Below, in pieces: positions 28,332-37,588 of a stretch of 64,000 nt of DNA. The stretch's first letter is position 1, and each line of letters opens with the position of its first letter. The translations under genes were made by a program, and so were the position numbers. The notes under the pieces were generated by a model. That model was not told the origin of the DNA. It did not search any database and worked only from the letters and a program-made list of their open reading frames with translations. The stretch is from an uncultured Myxococcales bacterium (GTDB taxonomy: Bacteria > Myxococcota_A > Polyangia > Palsa-1104 > JAEUJZ01), in contig CAZVMD010000006.1 in NCBI GenBank assembly GCA_964628555.1, positions 1,267-65,266 of the forward strand, read 5' to 3'.

Positions 28332-29381
28332 AAACCCCCTCAAATACAGCGGACGATCCGTTTTGCCCTGGTGGGCTGTGGCCGCATCGCTCCCAGTCAT
28401 ATTGAGGCGCTGGCGCGCCATCGTGAACACGCCGAGCTAGTCGCGGTCTGTGACACCGACCCCAAGGCCTTGGCTGCAGCACAAGAGCGCACCGGCGCGC
28501 CCGGCTATGGCTCGCTGGATGCGCTCTTGTCCGCTTGCGACTGCGATGTGGTGGTGCTGGCGACGCCGAGCGGCCTGCACGCAGCGCAGGCGATTCGCGC
28601 TGCGGAAGCCGGTCGGCACGTGGTGACCGAGAAGCCGATGGCCACGCGCTGGCAGGATGGTCTGCGCATGGTCGAAGCCTGCGATCGTGCCGGCCGCTAT
28701 CTGTTTGTCGTGAAGCAGAATCGCCTAAATCCGACGGTGCAGCTGCTGAAGCAGGCCTTTGCACAGAAGCGCTTTGGCCGCATCTACATGACGGTCTGCA
28801 ACGTTCTGTGGACGCGACCCCAGGAGTACTACGACAGCGCCGCATGGCGCGGGACCTGGGAGTTTGATGGCGGCGCGTTTATGAACCAGGCCAGTCACTA
28901 TGTCGATCTTTTGGACTGGCTGCTCGGCCCGGTCGAGAGCGTGAACGCCATGACCGCGACGCTGGCTCGCAACATCGAGGTCGAGGACAGCGGGGTCGTC
29001 TCGATTCGCTGGCGCAGTGGCGCGCTGGGCTCGATGAACGTGACGATGCTGACCTATCCCAAGAACCTGGAGGGCTCGCTGACCGTACTCGGCGAGCGCG
29101 GCACGGTGCGACTGGGAGGCGTGGCGCTCAATCGCGTCGAGCACTGGGAGTTTGCCGAGCCGCACCCCGATGATGAGACAGTGAAGTCGGCGAGCTATCA
29201 GACAAGCTCGGTCTATGGCCTGGGCCATGGCCTGTACTATCGCAACGTTATTCAGACGCTGCGTGGGGAGGCGGCTCCTCTGACCGATGGCCGCGAAGGC
29301 CTACGCTCGCTGGAGCTCTTGATCGCGATCTATCTGTCGGCGCGCGATGGCAAGCGGGTCAGCTTGCCGCTATCGCTGTAA
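28332..29381 (+). CDS. Gfo/Idh/MocA-family NAD(P)-dependent oxidoreductase
   Basis: N-terminal Rossmann IRFALVGCGRIAPSHIEAL. Conserved EKP motif (VVTEKPMA). C-terminal GFOR-like domain. Confidence 0.85.
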   Translation, partial: KPPQIQRTIRFALVGCGRIAPSHIEALARHREHAELVAVCDTDPKALAAAQERTGAPGYGSLDALLSACDCDVVVLATPSGLHAAQAIRAAEAGRHVVTEKPMATRWQDGLRMVEACDRAGRYLFVVKQNRLNPTVQLLKQAFAQKRFGRIYMTVCNVLWTRPQEYYDSAAWRGTWEFDGGAFMNQASHYVDLLDWLLGPVESVNAMTATLARNIEVEDSGVVSIRWRSGALGSMNVTMLTYPKNLEGSLTVLGERGTVRLGGVALNRVEHWEFAEPHPDDETVKSASYQTSSVYGLGHGLYYRNVIQTLRGEAAPLTDGREGLRSLELLIAIYLSARDGKRVSLPLSL

Positions 29382-29404
29382 GGGCCGGAAGGAACGGGGA
29401 GAGG

Positions 29405-30316
29405 CTACTGCAGGGTGGCGGTGCCGTTGCGGCCGGCGGCGATGGACACGACGGTGATATCCCAGGGATCGACCTTGGTGTTGCTGGTGGTCGCCGGCCC
29501 GATCAGGAAGGCGCCGACGCCGGTCTGACCGTTGGTGCTCTGGAAGCGGCTGAGCAGGCTGCTGGGAAAGGTGCCGCTGCCGCGTGCACCGTCGAACAGA
29601 CACTCGAGCGTGATGCTGCGGTTATTGTCAGGGCTCTGCACAAGCTCAGCCGCCACCCGGCTGCCACTGGCTAGCGCGGTCCAGGTCATCTGGTAGTCCT
29701 GCGACTTGGGCACCGTAATGGCGATGTTGGCGCGATTGCCATCGGGGTTGGTGAGCATGAACGCGCCGCTCGGGCTCATTGGCGTAATCGATGCCGAGAA
29801 GGCTGGCACCAGCGCGCCGGCGCCGTTTATCCCAAGGAGCTGACCGCTGGGGAAGACGTTGGCTGTCGAGTGAACGAACGGATCGTAGCTGCCATCGCTG
29901 CGCGGGGTCAGCGTGACGTTTTGGCTGCCCCCGGTGATGCCGATCATGCCGGCGTTGGGGGCGGTGAAGCTGGTGCCTTCACACATGTACAGCGTGCACT
30001 CGCCCTGGACCGTGCGCTGGCACGCTGCGCCCTGTTGGGTCGGATCGAGAAACCAGGCGGAGGCCCCTGAGCTATTGAGCGTGACGACACCGTTTGAGTA
30101 GGTCGTGCTGACGGTGCGGATGAGGCCATAGCGCACCGGCGTCGTCATATCCGGTGGCAGGGCGGCCGCCATGTCCATCGGATCGTTGGTGTTGGTTGGG
30201 CTGCTCGGGCAGCCGGCTTGTGCGCTGAGCAAGCCGAACAGCGCCGCGAACAAAGGCAGCCGCAGGCGCAGCGCAGGACGGGATGGAGTCACGGGATCTA
30301 AGCTCGGGTTGTGCAT
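29405..30316 (-). CDS. Secreted lipoprotein, function unknown
   Basis: Signal plus lipobox LLSAQAGC. S/T/G/N-rich mature region. Last gene of a same-strand secreted-protein cluster. Confidence 0.5.
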   Translation of the reverse strand: MHNPSLDPVTPSRPALRLRLPLFAALFGLLSAQAGCPSSPTNTNDPMDMAAALPPDMTTPVRYGLIRTVSTTYSNGVVTLNSSGASAWFLDPTQQGAACQRTVQGECTLYMCEGTSFTAPNAGMIGITGGSQNVTLTPRSDGSYDPFVHSTANVFPSGQLLGINGAGALVPAFSASITPMSPSGAFMLTNPDGNRANIAITVPKSQDYQMTWTALASGSRVAAELVQSPDNNRSITLECLFDGARGSGTFPSSLLSRFQSTNGQTGVGAFLIGPATTSNTKVDPWDITVVSIAAGRNGTATLQ

Positions 30317-30412
30317 GGCTACATCTCCAAGGCGAAAGGTAGTTTGGGCAGGGACGATGACAGCTCAGCGCTCGACCGCTCTCCCTGCTGCGGCGCGGCG
30401 AGGTCTCTTCGC

Positions 30413-32065
30413 TTATGGCAGCGGCGGCGTGTGCAGCTGGCGATACTGTGTGCCGGTGTTCACCTCCGAGCCGGACCAGGGCGTGGACACATAGGGGAAC
30501 TGGGTTGAAAAAGGCTTGTCGTTGCTATCGACGCCATCGCCCAGAGTATTGGCGGCAGCCACGCTGCGTAGGGCGCCGCCCAGAATGCGCTCAGCGATAT
30601 CGACGACATCGTCCTGCAGGCGTCGGCCGTTGGGAAATCCGACGCTGCTATCGGTCGTGCCGCCGGCCACACCCAGTCCTCCGAGGCGATTGCTGCTGAA
30701 GTCAGCGGCAGCCGGCAGCGAGGTATCGATGCGCAGGATGTCGGCTGGAGCCAAGGAGTAGCTCTTGCCGCGGAAGGGCGGCAGCGGCGTTCCGGTGGCG
30801 CCAGGATCGACCTGAAACTGCACGAGCTCGCTGAGATCAGTTCGCCCGCTGCTCGGCGCGTTCACCCCGTAGAGCCGCTGCAGCAGGCCCGCGATCTCTG
30901 GGCTGGTGAGGGCCGCTGCGCCCCGCGTAGAGCCGAAGAACAGGGCGTCCTGAGCTGGCGCCATCGAGTTGTAGTAGTCCTTGGCAGCCAGCGGGACGAG
31001 CAGCTCGTTGATCAGCGGCAAGCCGAGGCGCGAGACCTGCACCCAGGGGCCGGTCGCGTCCTGCGTCCTGACCTGTTCGCTGGCGATGAGCGGGGGAACT
31101 CTGCGAATGGTGACGCGTGGCCGGCTCGCGGTCGTCCAGATGCCCAGCATCACGTCTCGACCACTGGCAGCGGCGTTCCGCCGCACGAGCTGGGTGATCG
31201 GAACCTGCAGGGCAATTGTGTGGACGTTGTAGCCAGCGATGTAGTCGACTCCGCGCACTGCACCACCGCCACCGCAGCCGGCGGCCGTGTTTGGGGCCGC
31301 TTGACAGCGGATGCGCAGCAGATCGAACAAGCTGCCCAGGTCGGCGTAGAACGGATCGTCCCGCTGTCCGGCAAAGACACGGCCGTTGGCACTGAGGTCA
31401 CCACCCAGCGGATAGACGGTGGTCTGCGCCAGCGCTTCGTATGCCGCTGCCGAGCCGAAGGTATAGGTTCCGGCATAGACCGGCGGCGTGAGCTGATCGC
31501 GCAGCAGTACTGTGGTCGCGCCATCGCGCTCGACGCGAGTCACGCTGTAGCGCTGCCGAACTTGCAGAGCAGCAGCATCGCGGGCCGCGACGGGATCACT
31601 GGCCAAGAGGATGCTCTCGGGCTTCAGGTACTCGGTGCGGAAGCGAAACTGATAGGTGATGTCTTCGATGGCATCGCCGGTATTGTCGACCTTGATCTCG
31701 TACAGTACGCCGTCGGAAAAGCGGGGCCAGTTGGGGCCCCCCCCCGGCTCCTCAAGCGGCCAGTAGTTGGCGATGATCACCAAGCTGTTGGGAGCCAGAG
31801 CCAGGTCGGTGGCGTTCTGCGGCGTGCGAAAGGCGTAAAGATCGGTCGCATCTGCCGCTGGGTCCTCGGACAATAGCGGTGCATCGCGGTGACTTGAGGC
31901 AAGTGCGCTGGGCGACAGCAGCAGCGCTGGCAGCAGCCAGCTGCCGACCCGGCTGAGGGGGCCGCGCACAGTCTCGCGAGCACGCCCGGCCGACTGATCG
32001 GTACATGGCCGCGAGATCTTGCGGTGCGAGGAGGGCAGCGGGGTCCGAATCCGTGTCATGTGCAT
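30413..32065 (-). CDS. DUF4331-family secreted protein
   Basis: Signal peptide followed by HRDAPLLSEDPAADATDLYAF, the characteristic N-terminal motif of DUF4331 proteins. ~550 aa. Start at MHMTR, either 32065 or 32059. Confidence 0.65.
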   Translation of the reverse strand: MHMTRIRTPLPSSHRKISRPCTDQSAGRARETVRGPLSRVGSWLLPALLLSPSALASSHRDAPLLSEDPAADATDLYAFRTPQNATDLALAPNSLVIIANYWPLEEPGGGPNWPRFSDGVLYEIKVDNTGDAIEDITYQFRFRTEYLKPESILLASDPVAARDAAALQVRQRYSVTRVERDGATTVLLRDQLTPPVYAGTYTFGSAAAYEALAQTTVYPLGGDLSANGRVFAGQRDDPFYADLGSLFDLLRIRCQAAPNTAAGCGGGGAVRGVDYIAGYNVHTIALQVPITQLVRRNAAASGRDVMLGIWTTASRPRVTIRRVPPLIASEQVRTQDATGPWVQVSRLGLPLINELLVPLAAKDYYNSMAPAQDALFFGSTRGAAALTSPEIAGLLQRLYGVNAPSSGRTDLSELVQFQVDPGATGTPLPPFRGKSYSLAPADILRIDTSLPAAADFSSNRLGGLGVAGGTTDSSVGFPNGRRLQDDVVDIAERILGGALRSVAAANTLGDGVDSNDKPFSTQFPYVSTPWSGSEVNTGTQYRQLHTPPLP

Positions 32066-32127
32066 CTGCCTTGCTGCGGTGCTACGGCATCGCGACGAAA
32101 ACCAAATCGACAACAGCTGGCCAGCGC

Positions 32128-33147
32128 CTACGGCGACAACAGCAGCACGGCCCCGTCGAGCGGTAGCTCGGTGGGGGTGGCCGAGCTAGGGCTGCTTGAC
32201 GGCAGCACCGCATCGATAGCGACCCAACGATCGGCGGCGCTGGCCCGCGACAGGCTGGTGGCATCGGTGACGGCCGGCAACACGACGTCCTGCAGGGCCC
32301 CATCGGGCGAGATGCGCTGCAGCCAGGGCTCTGAGCCGGAGGCGACGGCGGTTGTGAACAGCACATCGGGGCTGTTGCGGCCGGCTGCGCAGACTCCGCT
32401 CGGGAACGACAGGGCCAGCGGCCGCTGATTCACCTGCAGTAGGCGCTCGCCCACGCGACGAAAGAGTGCGCCACGCTGGCTGCCTGCCGCATCGGCGTCC
32501 GCGACATAGAGGCTGCCATCGCTGGCCTGCGCTAGGCCGATTGGCTGCGACAGCGGCGAGCCGCGGAAAATCGGCGTCGCATCTTCGCCGCTGAGCGGGG
32601 CCTGCCACAGTGCTGCCTCGGTCCCCGCGGCAGTGGCGATGCGGCCAGTGATGTAGACCGAGCGCTCATCGCGAGCCAGCGCGGCTGCCGACGGATAGGT
32701 GGGGCTGCTGCTGCCACCTAAGCGCCGAAAACCAGCCCCTGCCGAGCCGGCATAGACCGCACCACTTGGCGCATCAGCGCCCGCTGCTCCGTAGTCCACG
32801 ATGACCAGCTGTGAGCCGTCTGTCGTCGCCAGAATCGCCACCGGAAACGCGAGCGAGAGCGCCGTGGACACAGCCGAGAGCGCACTTCCTACCGCCCCCT
32901 GGTACAGCTGGTAGCTGCCCGCTTCATCCATGGCGAGCAGGTACAGCGTGGAGCCATCCGCTGACAGTGTCGCGGCGGCAGGACGGTGAGCGGTCAAGAG
33001 CCGCGTGCTCCCCTGCGGCACCGCTTCGCCCGGCTGCGGCTTGGCGGGAGACTCCGTCGGTCGGCAGGAAGTGGTGGTCGCCAAACAGCTGGCCACGGCC
33101 AACAGCCCGGCTGCCCCCTGCGCTACCCATGTCTGGTGCGGACACAT
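32128..33147 (-). CDS. Predicted beta-propeller (NHL/YncE-like) lipoprotein
   Basis: Lipobox LAVASC at the MCPHQ start. Repeated DGS.Y..D / DGSLYVAD-type blades. Start uncertain. Confidence 0.45.
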   Translation of the reverse strand: MCPHQTWVAQGAAGLLAVASCLATTTSCRPTESPAKPQPGEAVPQGSTRLLTAHRPAAATLSADGSTLYLLAMDEAGSYQLYQGAVGSALSAVSTALSLAFPVAILATTDGSQLVIVDYGAAGADAPSGAVYAGSAGAGFRRLGGSSSPTYPSAAALARDERSVYITGRIATAAGTEAALWQAPLSGEDATPIFRGSPLSQPIGLAQASDGSLYVADADAAGSQRGALFRRVGERLLQVNQRPLALSFPSGVCAAGRNSPDVLFTTAVASGSEPWLQRISPDGALQDVVLPAVTDATSLSRASAADRWVAIDAVLPSSSPSSATPTELPLDGAVLLLSP

Positions 33148-33377
33148 TTCTGCGATGAGACTATGTAACCAGAACTTCCCGTGAGCTACCAGGGCTTCTT
33201 CGCCGCACAGCGGGTCTTGCACAGTGGCTAGCGCGCCGCCTGCACAAGGTGACTATGCGGTTAGCTGGGGATTGCCAATCGCAGGGTTCGGTTGCGCCGT
33301 GGCGGGTTGCCGCGTGCGCGATGGTTCAGAGGAAGGGGAGGGGACGAGGCTCAGGCGGAGCGAGCCGCGTCGACGCG

Positions 33378-35135
33378 CTACTGCACGTCGACCGAGGAGT
33401 CGCTGTCATAGCTGGCGGCGGTTGGCGGACGGGTACCAGCGCAGCGGAAGTTTACGACCTTGCCGCTCGGAGGCGGCTGGTTGCCCTGACGCCAGACTCC
33501 AGCGACGGCAGTATCCTGGCAGCGGCCGACCGTGCTGGTCACGGCGCAGTAGCAGTCCTTGGCTTCCGGCATGCAGGCGGCGACGATGTTCGGGTTGCTG
33601 ATGATGGGCTCTGCTTCCTTTGCCCACGCATTGCAGCAGGTCGCGCTGCACTGCGGCAGGTAGGTATCCGGCAGTGAGTCGGGCTGATTGGCGTCGACAA
33701 AGCCAACCAAGCAAGCCGGCTGACCGTTCTGCACCAGCGGCTTGACGGCGAGGCAGTCACCCTTGACGGCCTTGACCACCTTGTCGGCGATTAGGTCAAG
33801 GGCCTTGCCGTAGTTGGCGGCGTCGCAGATGCTCTGCTCGACGTAGACCGAGGGGTCGAACTTGCGGATGAAGGAGGACAGTCGGAGCTGCGCCTGACCG
33901 AAGAAGCCCTTCGCGCTCGTGGTCAGCATCATCGTCGGATCGGGGTCGTAGCAGGCCGCCTTGGTCTTTTCACCGCGGTTGAGGACGTTGGTCGACACAT
34001 CGGTGCCCACGCCATCGACCTCGAAGCGACCAACGCCGGTGTGGCCACGGGCCTGGAAGTCCTGGATCGACGGCGTCCAGATGCCGGCCAGGATCAGCTT
34101 CTCCTTCGGGCGCAGCGCCGAGAGGAACTTGACGTACTTGTCGACCGGCTCAAGGTAGTTGCCGGGGCGCTCCTTGCAGTTGTGCTTCAGGCCGCCCGAG
34201 ACCAGCGGCTCGTCACAGACCAGCGACTTGGCAATGCAGCGGTAGTCGAGGTTGAAGCACTTGTAGTCGGGATCGGGGTTGGTGGTGCCGCAGTTGGTAG
34301 CGGCGGGATCGAGGTACTGGCGCTGCGCTAGCTGGACCGAGCAGTCATCTTCGTCGGTAATGAAGATGACTGCGAGGACCGAGTTATCCCGCAGGAAGCC
34401 CTTGTTCTCGTTCAAGTGGCCATCGAGCGCGCGCTTGACCGACTCCAGGGGCGACTCGACACCGCAGCCGTAGTCACCGACCAGGCCGATACACTGGAAG
34501 GCGCGCTGGGCGATCTCGCTGGGGGTGAGGGCGCCGGGATTGGTCGGCGTGACGTTGACGCTGGTGCCGTCCTTGGCAATCCACAGGTCGCGCGGCACAA
34601 ACGAGGGGTCCTGGCACAGGCCGGTCGTCATCGCCTTGCAGGCGAGGGCGAACTCGGTGTTCTGATCGGAAGCCGGGATGCGGCTGGTACAGGGCTTGTT
34701 CTGCAGCAAGCCATCGTCGCCCTTGGCGGTATTGCAGCGGACCTCAGTCGATCCGGGGAAGGTGGTCTTGCCAGGCGGCAGCGTGCCTACGTCCGACGTG
34801 ACGACGCCGATGTGATAGTTCGCCTTGGTGGCGTCGATCTTCTGCATGAAGGTCGGGATCGCCTTGGCGATGGCTTTCTGCTTCGGACTCATCGACGTCG
34901 AGTTGTCCACCATGAACAGGATGTCGATGTCCTTGGTGAGCTTGGTATCGACGACGTCGGCGCTCATTACCTTGAAGCAGGCGTTGAGGGCGGCGGTCCG
35001 CTCAGCGTCGGAGGCGCCGGGCGGAATCGGACACGGCTGGCTCAGATCTGGCGCCGTGCAGGCGGAAAAACCACTGAGCATACCCAGGCTAAGACCAAGA
35101 CCAGCTAGCGAATGGGACAACAGACGACGACTCAT
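33378..35135 (-). CDS. Cys-rich secreted lipoprotein with a von Willebrand factor A (vWA) domain
   Basis: Lipobox LSGFSAC. MIDAS-type motif DILFMVDNSTSMS followed by an a/b fold. More than 30 cysteines. Confidence 0.6.
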   Translation of the reverse strand: MSRRLLSHSLAGLGLSLGMLSGFSACTAPDLSQPCPIPPGASDAERTAALNACFKVMSADVVDTKLTKDIDILFMVDNSTSMSPKQKAIAKAIPTFMQKIDATKANYHIGVVTSDVGTLPPGKTTFPGSTEVRCNTAKGDDGLLQNKPCTSRIPASDQNTEFALACKAMTTGLCQDPSFVPRDLWIAKDGTSVNVTPTNPGALTPSEIAQRAFQCIGLVGDYGCGVESPLESVKRALDGHLNENKGFLRDNSVLAVIFITDEDDCSVQLAQRQYLDPAATNCGTTNPDPDYKCFNLDYRCIAKSLVCDEPLVSGGLKHNCKERPGNYLEPVDKYVKFLSALRPKEKLILAGIWTPSIQDFQARGHTGVGRFEVDGVGTDVSTNVLNRGEKTKAACYDPDPTMMLTTSAKGFFGQAQLRLSSFIRKFDPSVYVEQSICDAANYGKALDLIADKVVKAVKGDCLAVKPLVQNGQPACLVGFVDANQPDSLPDTYLPQCSATCCNAWAKEAEPIISNPNIVAACMPEAKDCYCAVTSTVGRCQDTAVAGVWRQGNQPPPSGKVVNFRCAGTRPPTAASYDSDSSVDVQ

Positions 35136-35611
35136 CTGAAACTCCTTTTTAGGAATCTAGGCAGAACTGGCAGGCTCCGTTTCCCCACATCCCCAAGTGC
35201 CGCGCTGTGAGCCTAGACAGTGTCTGCAGCACGTGCCTACCCGGCCGCATTGTACTTCAAACCTTACAGGCGAAGGAAAGGCAAAATTTCTGCGCAATCG
35301 ACCGCAGTTAGCTGGCGCAGCTTGGAGGCGCAATTTAGGAAGATCATCAGCGACGGTAGGAAGTTGCCTGCCAGACCGCACATAGGAGTGTCGCTCCTAC
35401 CTTGGGAAGATGATCTGCTGGAATAGGAACCTGGTTGGAGGAGACTCTCTGAGTCCGGATAGGAATCTGCCTGGAAGCTCCTTCGTACTCCTTCGTCATA
35501 TGATGAGACGAAGGCGGCACTGGCCGCGCGGTGCTCCCTGACGAATCGGTGAAACTTTAGGAATGTCTGGAGGATGGCCGGCTTTTGGCGTGATCCAGAC
35601 AAGGAGCGAAA
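35136..35611. promoter_or_regulatory. Divergent 476-bp regulatory region with six TAGGAA direct-repeat motifs and an imperfect palindrome
   Basis: TAGGAA at 35150, 35336, 35357, 35424, 35460 and 35558, plus TAGGAG at 35383. Extended forms TAGGAATCTAGGCAG, TAGGAATCTGCCTGG, TAGGAATGTCTGG. CTCCTTCGT is direct-repeated. CTTCGTCATATGATGAGACGAAG (35491-35513) is an imperfect palindrome. Confidence 0.3.
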
Positions 35612-36139
35612 ATGGTGAAGATAAGTACACGCAAGGTTCTGGGGTCGGTGTTGGCGGTGGCGGTCACCTGCAGCCTGGCCATGCCGCAGCAGCGCGCCGA
35701 AGCTGGCAGCTACGTTCTGCAGGGCAATGAGCTAAAGCTTCCCGCTCCCGTGCTCTTCGAGACTGGGGGCGACAAGCTGCGGCCAGAAAGTGATGCGGTG
35801 CTGGAAGTGGTGGCCAGCTACCTGAGGGAAAAGACATATATCTCGCGGCTGCGCATTGAAGGGCACAGCGACAATCAAGGCAGTGCTGCGCAGAGCCAGG
35901 CGCTGACCGAAAAGCGCGCGCTGAGCGTCGGGCGCTGGCTGATCGCACACGGCATCGATTGCAAGCGCCTGCTCGCTGTCGGCTTTGGTAGCAGCAAGCC
36001 GGTGGCTGACAACGGCACAGCCGAAGGGCGGGCCCAAAATCGCCGCATCAGCTTCGTCAATGCCGCCCTCCGCGGTCGCGCGATCGGTGGGCTGCCAGAG
36101 GACGGCGGGGGCCGGGTCGCCGGCGATCTCTGCCAGTAG
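35612..36139 (+). CDS. OmpA-family peptidoglycan-binding protein
   Basis: Signal peptide. OmpA C-like domain (LRIEGHSDNQGSAAQSQALTEKRALSVGRWL). RBS AAGGAG before the ATG. Confidence 0.8.
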   Translation: MVKISTRKVLGSVLAVAVTCSLAMPQQRAEAGSYVLQGNELKLPAPVLFETGGDKLRPESDAVLEVVASYLREKTYISRLRIEGHSDNQGSAAQSQALTEKRALSVGRWLIAHGIDCKRLLAVGFGSSKPVADNGTAEGRAQNRRISFVNAALRGRAIGGLPEDGGGRVAGDLCQ

Positions 36140-36314
36140 CGTGAACAGGGTGGTGGCGAGGCGGTAGGCCTGGGCCAACCTGAGGGCCGCCGTCCTGGCC
36201 CGGGGGGCTGCTCACTCGATAGCGCGCCGCAAGCGCCGTGGATGAGCAAAACGCTATCCCCTCGTATCGTTATACGATTATAATTTCTGAATTGCTTCGG
36301 GGGCGAAGGCATAG

Positions 36315-37112
36315 ATGAGCAGATTTCTTCCCATCGAACGTGTTGGTATGGCTCTGGCCTTGCTTGGCGCTGGATCGTTAATGTGCGATTCTCTGCCCAA
36401 CGCTGATGCGCGTCATCGAATGCGGCGCGAGCGTGAAAAATATGAATGTAGACCTTCGCAGGAAGCCGCGAATGCTGATTTGGAGAAGGCGCGCCGACTT
36501 TGGGAAAGCGGCATGATTTATTATGATACAAAAGACTATCAGAAAGCAAAATCCGAATTTCAGAACGCTTATGATATTTCGCATTTACCTGATTTCTTGA
36601 TTAATCTCGCCCAAACCAGTGCGAAGCTGGACCAGCCCGGCGACGCGCTCAAATACCTGGAAACCTATGTGCAGGAATGCCCGGGAGCGCCCGATGCACC
36701 TCTGGCCCGGCAGCGGATCGAGGATCTGCGAATCGCGCAAGCCATCAAAGAGGGTGAGAAACCACCCCCGGCGCCGGTGCGCCTGCCGCCGAAGCCGGCG
36801 CTGGCGCTGATGGGTAGCGGCGCCGCGCTGCTGATCATCGGGGCTGGATTAGGCGGGGCGGCGATCGCTGCGGGCAAGCAGGTTGGTAATCCGGCCAACC
36901 ACAACACGGTCTTTAATATCGATTTGCAGAATGCCGAACGACGGGGCAGGGCACTTGAGGGGGCGGCGATCGCTTTTGACGTCTTGGGCGCACTGGCCTT
37001 GGTGAGCGGTGCCGCGTGGACCGCTTCCTGGTTGTACGAGCAAAAGACCGGGCTGTCATTGGCTTTATCTCCCCGCCTGGGGGGATTTGCGCTGTCGGGG
37101 AGTTTTCAATGA
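36315..37112 (+). CDS. TPR-like protein with a C-terminal Gly/Ala-rich membrane segment; 5' half has atypical low-GC codon usage
   Basis: RBS GAAGG. TPR-like helical N-terminus (YYDTKDYQKAKSEFQNAYDISHLPDFLINLAQTSAKL). Two Gly-zipper-like hydrophobic stretches. Stop overlaps the next gene's ATG (ATGA). Confidence 0.5.
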   Translation: MSRFLPIERVGMALALLGAGSLMCDSLPNADARHRMRREREKYECRPSQEAANADLEKARRLWESGMIYYDTKDYQKAKSEFQNAYDISHLPDFLINLAQTSAKLDQPGDALKYLETYVQECPGAPDAPLARQRIEDLRIAQAIKEGEKPPPAPVRLPPKPALALMGSGAALLIIGAGLGGAAIAAGKQVGNPANHNTVFNIDLQNAERRGRALEGAAIAFDVLGALALVSGAAWTASWLYEQKTGLSLALSPRLGGFALSGSFQ

Positions 37113-37447
37113 CAAGAAGATGTTGCCGAACGCTGGCACTGCTAATTTCGACGATCACTAGCTGCTATACTCCTGATTTGACGAAAGAGATATACCTCTG
37201 CGATCGCGGCAAGTGTCCGGAGGATTTTTACTGTATTGATAATAAATATTGCACCAAAAAGCTGGATGATTGTGTGGTGGGCGGGGTTCAAATTAGCGAT
37301 ACAGTGACTGCCTGCGTCGGTCGAACGGATACGAACAATCCCAATACCGCCTGTGCCGGTGGTGCGACGGTCAGCAAGTGCGATATGCAGACGTTCGAAA
37401 AGAACCTCTGCACCGGCATCAATATCTGCTCGTACTGCTGTCGCTAA
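37109..37447 (+). CDS. Small Cys-rich secreted lipoprotein (112 aa; 12 Cys in the mature part) with AT-rich codon usage
   Basis: ATG at 37109-37111 overlaps the upstream stop. Lipobox ISTITSC. Mature part rich in K/N/D/Y/C. Codon usage uses AAA/TAT/ATT/GAT, unlike the rest of the window. Confidence 0.5.
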   Translation: MTRRCCRTLALLISTITSCYTPDLTKEIYLCDRGKCPEDFYCIDNKYCTKKLDDCVVGGVQISDTVTACVGRTDTNNPNTACAGGATVSKCDMQTFEKNLCTGINICSYCCR

Positions 37448-37588
37448 GCAGCGCGGCGTCCATCGCTGAAAGAGCCACGCTGACACCAGCGCTCGGCAGC
37501 GCCTCTCGGACCGCGCGACCTCCGATGACGTCAAGCCTGCAACAGGCTGTTTTGCGCTGGCCCGTCTCGCGATACGATACGACTACCC

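Noticed and set aside
27040-28845. 601-aa version of the membrane protein (track ORF 27040..28845)
   Set aside because: The first 186 codons overlap the Gfo/Idh/MocA gene on the other strand and are Arg/Ser/Pro-rich. The real start is placed at the ATG at 28287.
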